Source: Staphylococcus phage VB_SavM_JYL01
Direction: 5' to 3' (one strand)
Sequence record: MH159197.1
DNA length: 64,000 bases
Part shown: in pieces, positions 9,129 to 19,487 of the stretch
How positions within the stretch are numbered: the first letter of the stretch is position 1
How the letters are laid out: each line of letters starts with the position of its first letter
Translations under genes and position numbers: made by a program
Notes under the pieces: generated by a model
The model's input: the letters and a program-made list of their open reading frames with translations, nothing else
What the model was told of the DNA's origin: nothing
The model's database searches: none

Positions 9129-10016
9129 ATGGCAACAGATAAAGAAGCTAAAGATGTTATTGATAAATTTATAGATAATGTGTTTAATTTTGATGTATTA
9201 ACTACGGAAAGAGTTAAAGAAAAAGATGAAGAAATCAAAAAAATAACTACAGATGATATGTATGAAAAAGTTGTGTATATACGACCTTATGTTGGAGTAA
9301 TACAAAGTCTTAACCCTCAACATGTACAATATGAATCATTTTCTAATAATGGTTACGATATAGAAGCAGAATTAAGTTTTAGGAAAGTAAGTTATTTAGT
9401 TGATAAAGGGTCTATACCTACAGATTCTTTATCCACTTTAACAGTTCACTTAGTAGAAAGAAATCAGGAGTTATTAATAGATTACTTTGATGAGATACAA
9501 GATGTGTTGTATGGGGAGTATATGGAAGAAGAATATGTATTTGATGAAGATGTACCATTAAGTACTATACTAGCATTAGACTTAAATGATAATCTTAAAT
9601 CCTTATCAAATATAAAGTATATGTTCAAAGGAGCCCCTAAAGATAATCCTTTTGGAACAGATAAAGATGTTTATATAGATACTTATAATTTATTATATTG
9701 GTTGTATTTAGGTGAAGATGAAGAATTAGCATATCCTATGAATATTAACTATTTCTTTACAGAAGGTAGATTTTTTACTGTTTTTGGTAAAGGTCATAAG
9801 TATAAAGTAGATGTTAGTAAATTTATAGTTGGAGATATATTATTCTTTGGTAGAAGTGATACTAATATAGGTATTTATGTAGGTGATGGAGAGTTTATAT
9901 CTATGATAGGTAAATTTCCAAAAGATGAGACACCTATAGGAAAATACAAACTTGATGATTACTGGAATGAATTTAACGGAAGAGTTATGAGATTCGATGA
10001 AGAGGTGTATATTTAA
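9129..10016 (+). CDS. tail/baseplate-associated protein (295 aa); degenerate NlpC/P60-like C-terminus is possible
   Basis: Strong AAGGAGG RBS. The C-terminal GDILFFGRSDTNIGIYVGDGEFISMIG is reminiscent of the NlpC/P60 His region but lacks the His. Placed between the tail lysin and the baseplate genes. Confidence 0.5.
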   Translation: MATDKEAKDVIDKFIDNVFNFDVLTTERVKEKDEEIKKITTDDMYEKVVYIRPYVGVIQSLNPQHVQYESFSNNGYDIEAELSFRKVSYLVDKGSIPTDSLSTLTVHLVERNQELLIDYFDEIQDVLYGEYMEEEYVFDEDVPLSTILALDLNDNLKSLSNIKYMFKGAPKDNPFGTDKDVYIDTYNLLYWLYLGEDEELAYPMNINYFFTEGRFFTVFGKGHKYKVDVSKFIVGDILFFGRSDTNIGIYVGDGEFISMIGKFPKDETPIGKYKLDDYWNEFNGRVMRFDEEVYI

Positions 10017-12562
10017 TGGTAGTAAGATTCCAATCTTCCATGGGGAGAAGTCTAAAAAGAGTAGATTCAGATGACTTAAATGTAAAAGGGTTAGTTTTAG
10101 CTACAGTTAGTAAAATTAATTATAAGTATCAATCAGTAGAAGTTAAAGTTAATAACTTGACTTTAGGAAGCCGTATAGGTGATGATGGTAGCTTAGCTGT
10201 ACCTTATCCTAAATCTTTCATAGGTAGAACACCTGAGGGAAGCGTATTCGGTACAAAACCACTTATTACTGAAGGTTCTGTAGTATTAATAGGGTTCCTA
10301 AATGATGATATAAATAGTCCTATAATCTTGAGTGTTTATGGTGATAATGAACAAAATAAAATGATTAATACTAACCCCTTAGATGGAGGTAAGTTTGATA
10401 CAGAAAGTGTTTACAAATACAGTAGTTCACTATATGAAATTTTACCATCTTTAAATTATAAATATGATGATGGAGAAGGGACAAGTATTAGAACTTATAA
10501 TGGTAAATCATTCTTCTCTATGACATCAGGTGAAGAAGAGAAACCGCAGGCAACAGATTTTTATACTGGAACTGAGTATCAAGATTTATTTACTTCCTAT
10601 TATGGTAATAAAACATTGATTGAACCTAGAATACAAAAGGCTCCTAATATGTTATTCAAACATCAAGGAGTTTTTTATGATGATGGCACGCCGGATAATC
10701 ACATAACTACTTTATTTATATCTGAAAGAGGAGATATCAGAGCTTCAGTTTTAAATACAGAAACACAGAAAAGAACTACACAAGAAATGTCAAGTGATGG
10801 TTCTTATAGGGTTATTAAACAGGATGACGATTTAATGTTGGATGAGGCTCAAGTTTGGATTGAATATGGTATTAGTGAAGATAATAAATTTTATATTAAA
10901 AATGATAAGCATAAATTTGAATTTACTGATGAAGGAATTTATATAGACGATAAGCCTATGCTAGAAAATTTAGATGAGAGTATAGCAGAGGCTATGAAGA
11001 ATTTAAATGAAATACAAAAAGAACTAGATGATATAAACTATCTTCTTGAGGGTGTAGGTAAGGATAATTTAGAAGAACTAATAGAATCCACAAAAGAGTC
11101 TATAGAAGCGTCTAAAAAAGCAACTTCAGATGTTAATAGACTTACAACTCAGATATCAGAGGTTAGTGGTAGAACTGAGGGTATTATAACTCAATTCCAA
11201 AAATTTAGAGATGAGACTTTTAAAGACTTTTATGAAGATGCTTCTACTGTTATTAATGAAGTAAATCAGAATTTCCCTAGTATGAAAACAGATGTTAATA
11301 ATCTAAAAACTAAAGTTAATAACTTAGAGAAAACTGAGATACCAAATATCAAAAATAGGTTAACAGAACTAGAGAATAATAATAACAATGCAGATAAAAT
11401 AATTTCAGATAGAGGAGAGCATATAGGTGCTATGATACAGTTAGAGGAAAATGTTACTGTACCAATGAGAAAATATATGCCAATACCTTGGAGTAAAGTT
11501 ACTTATAATAATGCTGAGTTTTGGGATTCTAATAACCCTACTAGATTAGTAGTACCTAAGGGAATAACAAAAGTAAGAGTTGCAGGTAATGTCCTATGGG
11601 ATTCTAACGCTACAGGACAACGTATGTTGAGAATATTGAAAAATGGTACTTATAGTTTAGGGTTACCTTATACAAGGGATGTAGCTATATCTACCGCACC
11701 TCAGAATGGTACTAGTGGAGTTATTCCTGTTAAAGAAGGAGACTACTTTGAGTTTGAGGCTTTTCAAGATTCAGAAGGTGACAGACAATTCAGAGCAGAC
11801 CCTTATACATGGTTTAGTATTGAAGCTATAGAATTAGAAACTGAAACCATGGAGAAAGACTTTATGCTTATAGGTCATAGGGGAGCAACTGGATATACAG
11901 ATGAACATACAATAAAAGGGTATCAAATGGCTTTAGATAAAGGTGCAGATTATATAGAATTGGATTTACAATTAACAAAAGATAATAAGTTATTGTGTAT
12001 GCATGATTCTACTATAGATAGAACAACAACAGGAACAGGTAAGGTAGGGGATATGACTTTATCTTATATACAAACTAACTTTACATCTCTTAATGGTGAG
12101 CCTATACCATCTCTTGATGATGTATTAAATCATTTTGGAACAAAAGTTAAATACTATATAGAAACTAAACGTCCTTTTGATGCTAATATGGATAAAGAAT
12201 TATTAACTCAGTTAAAATCAAAAGGATTAATAGGAATTGGTTCAGAAAGATTCCAAGTAATTATTCAATCATTTGCTAGGGAATCATTAATTAATATTCA
12301 TAACCAATTTTCTAATATACCTTTAGCTTATTTAACAAGTACATTCTCTGAAAGTGAAATGGATGATTGTTTAAGTTATGGTTCTTATGCTATTGCTCCT
12401 AAATATACAACGATAACTAAAGAGTTAGTAGATTTAGCGCATAGCAAAGGGCTTAAAGTACATGCATGGACGGTAAATACAAAAGAAGAAATGCAAAGTT
12501 TAATACAAATGGGTGTAGATGGATTCTTTACAAATTACCTAGATGAATATAAAAAGATTTAA
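10016..12562 (+). CDS. baseplate/tail protein with C-terminal glycerophosphodiester phosphodiesterase (GDPD) domain
   Basis: The C-terminal ~230 aa (FMLIGHRGATGYTDEHTIKGYQMALDKGADYIELDLQLTKDNKLLCMHD..) carries the GDPD signature HRG..E(N/H)T..GAD.(I/L)E(L/F)D..T.D..(V/L)..HD. Central region is coiled-coil-like (NLNEIQKELDDINYLLEG..). ATG overlaps the previous stop (TAATG). Confidence 0.85.
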   Translation: MVVRFQSSMGRSLKRVDSDDLNVKGLVLATVSKINYKYQSVEVKVNNLTLGSRIGDDGSLAVPYPKSFIGRTPEGSVFGTKPLITEGSVVLIGFLNDDINSPIILSVYGDNEQNKMINTNPLDGGKFDTESVYKYSSSLYEILPSLNYKYDDGEGTSIRTYNGKSFFSMTSGEEEKPQATDFYTGTEYQDLFTSYYGNKTLIEPRIQKAPNMLFKHQGVFYDDGTPDNHITTLFISERGDIRASVLNTETQKRTTQEMSSDGSYRVIKQDDDLMLDEAQVWIEYGISEDNKFYIKNDKHKFEFTDEGIYIDDKPMLENLDESIAEAMKNLNEIQKELDDINYLLEGVGKDNLEELIESTKESIEASKKATSDVNRLTTQISEVSGRTEGIITQFQKFRDETFKDFYEDASTVINEVNQNFPSMKTDVNNLKTKVNNLEKTEIPNIKNRLTELENNNNNADKIISDRGEHIGAMIQLEENVTVPMRKYMPIPWSKVTYNNAEFWDSNNPTRLVVPKGITKVRVAGNVLWDSNATGQRMLRILKNGTYSLGLPYTRDVAISTAPQNGTSGVIPVKEGDYFEFEAFQDSEGDRQFRADPYTWFSIEAIELETETMEKDFMLIGHRGATGYTDEHTIKGYQMALDKGADYIELDLQLTKDNKLLCMHDSTIDRTTTGTGKVGDMTLSYIQTNFTSLNGEPIPSLDDVLNHFGTKVKYYIETKRPFDANMDKELLTQLKSKGLIGIGSERFQVIIQSFARESLINIHNQFSNIPLAYLTSTFSESEMDDCLSYGSYAIAPKYTTITKELVDLAHSKGLKVHAWTVNTKEEMQSLIQMGVDGFFTNYLDEYKKI

Positions 12563-12566
12563 TATT

Positions 12567-12595
12567 AAAGACCTATTAATTTAGGTCTTTTTTTA
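12567..12595 (+). terminator. intrinsic terminator
   Basis: AAAGACCTA / TAGGTCTTT 9-bp stem with a TTAATT loop, followed by a T7 run. Confidence 0.65.
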
Positions 12596-12596
12596 G

Positions 12597-12625
12597 TTGT
12601 AATTTAAACTAGTTCGTGATATATT
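12597..12625 (+). promoter_or_regulatory. sigmaA-type promoter (TTGTAA-17-TGaTATATT)
   Basis: -35 TTGTAA 12597-12602, 17-nt spacer, extended -10 TGATATATT ending at 12625. Confidence 0.45.
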
Positions 12626-12668
12626 AGTAGTATGAGATTTATATACATACTGAAAAGGAGAGGATAAA

Positions 12669-13460
12669 ATGCCACAATCAGATGGAATAAGTAATCTTCA
12701 TAGAATAGCTTTACGCTTCCCTAAAGAAGGCGGTGGTTATGATATGTATAGGTTTAAAGTTAATCCTGAGAATTACACAATAGATTCACCACAACGTACG
12801 ACAGCAATTAAAACAAAATCAGATATTGTAATAGAAGATTATGGTAAAGACATAGAAGTTATTAACTTCACAGGTACAACTGGTTTTAGACCTGTTAGAG
12901 AAGCAGATGGATTAAAAACAGGTAAGCAGAAGATGGAAGAGTTACAGAGTAGAGTTAGTGAATATGCTATGCAAGGTGGTAGTGGTAACGTAAGTGGCTC
13001 TTATTTACAATTTTTTAACTTTACAGATGATAGCTACTATAAAGTTCATTTAGCCCCTCAAGGGTTAAAGGTAACTAGGTCTAAGGATGAACCGTTACTT
13101 TTTAGATATGAAATAACATTAGTAGTCATCGGTTCATTAACAGAAGCAGATAGAAGTGCTGTAACAACAGAAGAGTTTGGTAATGTTAAACCTAACGCTT
13201 CTCAAAGAGTAGATGAAGGCATAAAAGAACTAGATAAAAATGCTCGTAAAACGAGAGATAGAAATAACCAAGAAATATCTAGAAGAGAAAATACAATACC
13301 TAAATCTACAGGAGATAATACAAACGAGGGTAATAGGTTAAAGCAAAGTTTCCCTAGTAGTTCTATATATAATCCTAGACAATCTACTAATGGATTAAAA
13401 GGTAATATTGACAATATGGCTTTAATAATCGGTTATGGTGATGGAGGTGTATCTAGCTAA
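12669..13460 (+). CDS. baseplate/tail structural protein, function unknown (263 aa)
   Basis: AAAGGAGAGG RBS. Embedded in the baseplate gene block. Confidence 0.5.
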   Translation: MPQSDGISNLHRIALRFPKEGGGYDMYRFKVNPENYTIDSPQRTTAIKTKSDIVIEDYGKDIEVINFTGTTGFRPVREADGLKTGKQKMEELQSRVSEYAMQGGSGNVSGSYLQFFNFTDDSYYKVHLAPQGLKVTRSKDEPLLFRYEITLVVIGSLTEADRSAVTTEEFGNVKPNASQRVDEGIKELDKNARKTRDRNNQEISRRENTIPKSTGDNTNEGNRLKQSFPSSSIYNPRQSTNGLKGNIDNMALIIGYGDGGVSS

Positions 13461-13984
13461 TGAATAATTTTATACCACAACCTCAAGGGTTACTTAGGTT
13501 TTTAAACGCCCTAGATACAGATTTAACTTCTTCTCATATGAATTTACTTGATGAAGAGGTATCATTTGTATCTAAATTTTATACACCGCAATTACAATTA
13601 AGTGAATTAGCAAAAAAAGTATTGACAAATATAAAGACAGATGATATACCTGTATTAGAAAGAGAATTTAATGACAATACAATTATTCATAAAGCTAACG
13701 ATACATTACTAAAAGTACAAGCCCCTAGAATGTATATGATTCTACAATCTATTGTACTTGAAGCGTATGCTATTGTTAATTGCTTTGTAGAAAATCCAAG
13801 TTCTTTAAAATATCTAACTGAAGAAGATGTTAGAATAACACGAGAAAATTTAAATTATGTAGCAGACTATTTAGGTAACTATGATGATTACAATAGTGTT
13901 GTCTTAGATTTACGAGACCTAGATTTATGTTTTAGTGCTATAGAGTTACAATTACCTCTAATTAAAAAGGAGGCTAACGTATAA
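13460..13984 (+). CDS. hypothetical baseplate-module protein (174 aa)
   Basis: GGAGGTG RBS. ATG overlaps the upstream stop, suggesting translational coupling. Confidence 0.5.
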   Translation: MNNFIPQPQGLLRFLNALDTDLTSSHMNLLDEEVSFVSKFYTPQLQLSELAKKVLTNIKTDDIPVLEREFNDNTIIHKANDTLLKVQAPRMYMILQSIVLEAYAIVNCFVENPSSLKYLTEEDVRITRENLNYVADYLGNYDDYNSVVLDLRDLDLCFSAIELQLPLIKKEANV

Positions 13985-14688
13985 TGAGATTTAAGAAGCA
14001 TGTTGTTCAACATGAAGAAACTATGCAAGCAATAGCACAGAGATACTATGGTGATGTTAGTTATTGGATAGACCTAGTAGAACATAATAACTTAAAGTAT
14101 CCTTACCTAGTAGAAACTGATGAAGAAAAAATGAAAGACCCTGAAAGGCTAGCTTCTACAGGTGATACATTGATTATACCTATTGAATCAGACTTAACAG
14201 ATGTATCAGCAAAGGAAATTAATTCTAGAGATAAAGATGTATTAGTTGAGTTAGCTTTAGGAAGAGATTTAAATATTACTGCAGATGAAAAGTATTTTAA
14301 TGAACACGGTACTAGTGATAACATACTGGCATTTAGTACAAATGGTAATGGGGATTTAGATACTGTAAAAGGCATAGATAATATGAAACAGCAGTTACAA
14401 GCACGTTTATTAACTCCTAGAGGTTCTTTAATGTTACACCCTAACTATGGCTCAGATTTGCATAATTTATTTGGTCTTAATATACCTGAACAAGCTACAT
14501 TAATAGAAATGGAAGTATTGAGAACATTAACATCAGATAATAGAGTAAAATCTGCTAATCTAATTGATTGGAAAATACAAGGTAATGTTTATTCAGGTCA
14601 ATTTTCAGTGGAAATAAAATCTGTTGAAGAATCAATAAATTTTGTTTTAGGACAAGATGAGGAAGGAATTTTTGCTTTATTTGAATAG
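13984..14688 (+). CDS. baseplate wedge protein, LysM + gp25/GPW-like
   Basis: N-terminal LysM-like motif (HVVQHEETMQAIAQRYYGDVSYWIDL). The C-terminal ~100 aa (..GSLMLHPNYGSDLHNLFGLNIPEQATLIEMEV..) resembles the T4 gp25/P2 gpW baseplate wedge family. Confidence 0.7.
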   Translation: MRFKKHVVQHEETMQAIAQRYYGDVSYWIDLVEHNNLKYPYLVETDEEKMKDPERLASTGDTLIIPIESDLTDVSAKEINSRDKDVLVELALGRDLNITADEKYFNEHGTSDNILAFSTNGNGDLDTVKGIDNMKQQLQARLLTPRGSLMLHPNYGSDLHNLFGLNIPEQATLIEMEVLRTLTSDNRVKSANLIDWKIQGNVYSGQFSVEIKSVEESINFVLGQDEEGIFALFE

Positions 14689-14702
14689 GAAAGGATTAAA
14701 TT

Positions 14703-15749
14703 ATGAAAACTAGAAAATTAACTAACATATTATCAAAATTAATAGATAAGACAATGGCAGGTACAAGTAAGATAACAGATTTTACCCCTGGTTCAGCCTC
14801 TAGGTCATTATTAGAAGCTGTATCATTAGAGATAGAGCAATTTTATATCTTGACAAAAGAAAATATTGATTGGGGTATACAAGAAGGTATTATTGAAGCT
14901 TTTGATTTCCAAAAGAGACAATCTAAAAGAGCTTATGGTGATGTTATCATTCAATTTTATCAACCTTTAGATATGAGAATGTATATACCTGCAGGAACAA
15001 CTTTTACTTCAACACGACAAGAATACCCTCAGCAATTTGAAACATTAGTTGATTATTATGCAGAGCCTGACTCTACTGAGATTGTTGTTGAGGTTTATTG
15101 TAAAGAAACAGGAGTTGCAGGTAATGTTCCTGAAGGAACAATTAATACTATAGCATCAGGTTCTAGTTTGATTAGAAGTGTTAATAATGAGTATTCTTTT
15201 AATACAGGAACTAAAGAAGAAAGCCAAGAAGACTTTAAACGTAGATTTCACTCTTTTGTAGAATCTAGAGGTAGAGCAACTAATAAATCGGTAAGATATG
15301 GAGCATTGCAGATACCTGATGTAGAAGGTGTTTATGTTTATGAAGAAACAGGACATATTACAGTATTTGCACATGATAGAAATGGTAATTTATCAGATAC
15401 TTTAAAAGAAGATATAATTGATGCTTTACAAGACTATAGACCGAGTGGTATAATGTTAGATGTTACAGGTGTAGAAAAAGAAGAAGTTAATGTTTCTGCT
15501 ACAGTAACTATATCTAATAAATCTAGAATTGGTGATACATTGCAAAAACATATTGAAGGTGTTATTAGAAGCTACTTAAATAATTTAAAAACTTCTGATG
15601 ACCTGATAATTACAGACCTTATTCAAGCTATAATGAATATTGATGATGTATTAATATATGATGTATCGTTTGAGAACTTAGATGAGAACATTATAGTACC
15701 ACCACAAGGAATTATTAGAGCAGGAGAAATAAAAGTAGAATTAAAGTAA
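14703..15749 (+). CDS. baseplate J-like protein (348 aa)
   Basis: Size, position immediately after the gp25-like gene, and N-terminal similarity to BaseplateJ (gp6/gpJ) proteins. Assignment from sequence is moderate. Confidence 0.55.
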   Translation: MKTRKLTNILSKLIDKTMAGTSKITDFTPGSASRSLLEAVSLEIEQFYILTKENIDWGIQEGIIEAFDFQKRQSKRAYGDVIIQFYQPLDMRMYIPAGTTFTSTRQEYPQQFETLVDYYAEPDSTEIVVEVYCKETGVAGNVPEGTINTIASGSSLIRSVNNEYSFNTGTKEESQEDFKRRFHSFVESRGRATNKSVRYGALQIPDVEGVYVYEETGHITVFAHDRNGNLSDTLKEDIIDALQDYRPSGIMLDVTGVEKEEVNVSATVTISNKSRIGDTLQKHIEGVIRSYLNNLKTSDDLIITDLIQAIMNIDDVLIYDVSFENLDENIIVPPQGIIRAGEIKVELK

Positions 15750-15769
15750 AGAGAGGTGAAACTTAAGTC

Positions 15770-18700
15770 GTGGCTAATTTTTTAAAGAATCTTCATCCAT
15801 TATTAAGAAGAGATAGAAATAAAAAAGATAATCAAGACCCTAACTTTGCTCTGATAGATGCACTCAATGAAGAGATGAATCAAGTAGAGAAAGATGCTAT
15901 AGAAAGCAAGTTACAATCTTCTCTAAAGACAGCAACGAGTGAATATTTAGACAAATTTGGAGATTGGTTTGGGGTTTATAGAAAGACCGATGAAAAAGAT
16001 GATGTTTATAGAGCAAGAATTATAAAATACTTACTCTTGAAAAGAGGAACTAACAATGCTATAATAGATGCTATAAGAGATTATTTAGGTAAGGATGATA
16101 TTGATGTAAGCGTGTATGAACCCTTTACCAATATTTTCTATACTAACAAATCATACTTAAATGGTGAAGACCATTTAATGGGATACTATTATAGATTTGC
16201 TGTTATAAATGTTTCTATAGGTGACTATTTCCCTATAGAGATTATAGATGTAATTAACGAATTTAAACCTGCAGGTGTAACATTATATGTTACTTATGAT
16301 GGAGCTTCTACTATCAGAGGTGGAGCAATTATTAAGTGGTTAGATGGACTACCTAAAATTGAAACATATCAAGAGTTTGATAGGTTTACAGGTTATGATG
16401 ATACATTTTATGGTCATATTAATATGAATCAAAGTAAAGATACTGATAATAGTTCATCAGACATTTTTAAAACAAATCATAGTTTAATTAATAGTTTAGA
16501 TGTTTTAACAGGTTCCTCTAGTGTAGGTAGACAATATGTTAACTATGGATATGTAACATCATATGTTTATAATCCAGGTATGACATCTTCTGTAAACCAA
16601 ATAAGTGCTAGTACAGAAGGTAGAGGTCAGGAAGTACCTACTGATTATTATATGTATACTAGTACCAAGAATAATAATACAGTAGAACTTAATATGCAAA
16701 CTACTTCCGGTGTATCTTATCTCTATAATAACTTTAATTTTAGAGATTATATGAGTAAGTATAGACCTCAAGTAGATTTACAATCTGATGAGGCTAGAAG
16801 AATTGTATCTGATTATATAAAAGAATTAAGTATTGATTATTATCTCAGTGCTGTTATACCTCCTGACGAAAGTATAGAAATTAAATTACAAGTTTATGAC
16901 TTTTCTATTAATAGATGGCTTACAGTATCAATTAGTAACTTATCTTTCTATGAAAAAAATATTGGTAGCAATATAGGTTATATAAAAGATTATTTAAATA
17001 GTGAATTAAATATGTTTACTAGATTAGAGATAAATGCAGGTAAAAGAGACTCAGTAGATATTAAAGTTAACTATCTAGATTTAATGTTTTATTACTATGA
17101 ACGAGGAATTTACACAATAAAACCTTATAAAGCATTAGTAGAAAATTACTTAGATATATCTAGAGAGACTTATGTAGAGGCGTTTAAAATAGCATCATTA
17201 TTGAATGGAGACATTATAACTAAAACAGGTTTCCAACCTATAGGATACTTAAAATTAGTTGGTAGTTATGAGAATACAAGACCTAGCGCAGTAAACATAG
17301 TAGCTAAAGATACAGATAATAATCCTATAGAATCTACTGAGTTAGATGTGTATAGTACAATAGAAAACAGGAATCTATTACAGTCTTATAAAGGTGTAAA
17401 TAATATAGCTAGAGAAATAACATCTACGGAAGAGTTTACCGTATCAGGATGGGCTAAAGAGATATATTCAACTAATTATTTGTCTAAAGTACTAAAACCA
17501 GGTAAAGTATACACTTTATCTTTCGATATGGAAATAACAAATAATGACCTGACTCTTAAATCTTATTCTGATAATCATGGTATATATTTATACAGTAATA
17601 CCAAAGGAATTGTTGTTAATGGTGTTAAATCTATGGAGCGCACCGTAGGTAACAAAGTATCTATAACTCAGACTTTTACAGCACCTACTATTACCGACCA
17701 CAGGTTATTAATTTATACTGGAAGATATACATCTGATGGGAAAGCATCAACCCCTCCAGTGTTCTTTAATACAGTTAAAATTACTGAACTAAAATTATCT
17801 GAAGGTGACTCTAAATTAGCTTACTCACCTGCCCCTGAAGATAAACCTAATGTAATAGAAAAAGGAATTCAATTTAATAATATCAAAACTAATATACAGA
17901 CTTTAAATATCAATTCAGATATTAATCTAAAGAATGTAACTTTATACTATTCTTACTATGGTGATAGTTGGGTAGAATTAAAAACTATAGGTAATATTAG
18001 TACAGGAGAAACAACAGAAACTAATAATTTAATAGATTTATATGGATTACAGACAGTAGATTACTCTAACATAAATCCAATGTCAAAAGTATCATTACGT
18101 TCTATTTGGAATGTTAAATTAGGTGAACTTAATAATCAAGAAGGTTCTTTATCTAATATGCCTAATGATTATTTTAATGCTGTATGGCAAGACATAGATA
18201 AACTATCAGATATTGATTTAGGTTCTATGAGAATGGTCAAAGACACTGAAGGTGGAGTATTTGATGGAGCTACAGGTGAAATTATTAAGGCTACTTTATT
18301 TAACGTTGGTGTTTATACTGATTTAGATATGTTAGCTTATACTTTGACTAATTACACTGAACCATTAACTTTAGGTTCTAGTAGATTGATAAGTGAGCTA
18401 AAAGAAGAATTACTAACATCAGAATCATTTAATGTTGATAATAGAATTAAAGTAATTGACTCAATCTCTGAGCAATTACCTAATAATAATATATTGAGTA
18501 ACTCTTATCAAACACAAACGATTACACAGAATGGATTTGCTAAATATAATTTGAAAGAACCTATAGAACAAAGAAAACAATACAACCTAAGAATACATGG
18601 AGATTTTAAAGAAGGACTAGAAAGATTAGCTATAGGTAATTCTAATGGGTCATTTAATGAAGTATTTGTTTATCCTGAAAATATTAAAGATGGTATAGTA

Positions 18701-18835
18701 GATATTACTTATACTTCTAGAGATGATAATTATGCAGAAGGAAAACAAAGACTTAATAATGATTATAGAGTTTATGCTCAACCATATGATAGTGGTGTAG
18801 TTACAATTTACAGTCTAGAGTTAATAAAAGTTTAA
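15770..18835 (+). CDS. large baseplate/tail fibre structural protein (1021 aa), GTG start
   Basis: GTG at 15770 is preceded by a GAGAGGTGA RBS. Asn/Tyr-rich and beta-rich, consistent with a fibre/baseplate component. Confidence 0.55.
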   Translation: MANFLKNLHPLLRRDRNKKDNQDPNFALIDALNEEMNQVEKDAIESKLQSSLKTATSEYLDKFGDWFGVYRKTDEKDDVYRARIIKYLLLKRGTNNAIIDAIRDYLGKDDIDVSVYEPFTNIFYTNKSYLNGEDHLMGYYYRFAVINVSIGDYFPIEIIDVINEFKPAGVTLYVTYDGASTIRGGAIIKWLDGLPKIETYQEFDRFTGYDDTFYGHINMNQSKDTDNSSSDIFKTNHSLINSLDVLTGSSSVGRQYVNYGYVTSYVYNPGMTSSVNQISASTEGRGQEVPTDYYMYTSTKNNNTVELNMQTTSGVSYLYNNFNFRDYMSKYRPQVDLQSDEARRIVSDYIKELSIDYYLSAVIPPDESIEIKLQVYDFSINRWLTVSISNLSFYEKNIGSNIGYIKDYLNSELNMFTRLEINAGKRDSVDIKVNYLDLMFYYYERGIYTIKPYKALVENYLDISRETYVEAFKIASLLNGDIITKTGFQPIGYLKLVGSYENTRPSAVNIVAKDTDNNPIESTELDVYSTIENRNLLQSYKGVNNIAREITSTEEFTVSGWAKEIYSTNYLSKVLKPGKVYTLSFDMEITNNDLTLKSYSDNHGIYLYSNTKGIVVNGVKSMERTVGNKVSITQTFTAPTITDHRLLIYTGRYTSDGKASTPPVFFNTVKITELKLSEGDSKLAYSPAPEDKPNVIEKGIQFNNIKTNIQTLNINSDINLKNVTLYYSYYGDSWVELKTIGNISTGETTETNNLIDLYGLQTVDYSNINPMSKVSLRSIWNVKLGELNNQEGSLSNMPNDYFNAVWQDIDKLSDIDLGSMRMVKDTEGGVFDGATGEIIKATLFNVGVYTDLDMLAYTLTNYTEPLTLGSSRLISELKEELLTSESFNVDNRIKVIDSISEQLPNNNILSNSYQTQTITQNGFAKYNLKEPIEQRKQYNLRIHGDFKEGLERLAIGNSNGSFNEVFVYPENIKDGIVDITYTSRDDNYAEGKQRLNNDYRVYAQPYDSGVVTIYSLELIKV

Positions 18836-18843
18836 TAAATAAG

Positions 18844-18872
18844 TTGACAGAAAGTTAATAATATGGTATACT
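18844..18872 (+). promoter_or_regulatory. sigmaA promoter (TTGACA-17-TGgTATACT) with a 9-bp inverted repeat
   Basis: TTGACA 18844-18849, TATACT 18867-18872. ATGGTATAC (18863-18871) is perfectly inverted at GTATACCAT (18893-18901). Confidence 0.55.
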
Positions 18873-18930
18873 TATAAAGTAATATTTAGTGGGTATACCA
18901 TGTTATATTAATAAAGAAAACAACAGATGA

Positions 18931-19467
<537 letters not shown>

Positions 19468-19487
19468 AGAAAGGGAGATAATTCTAA

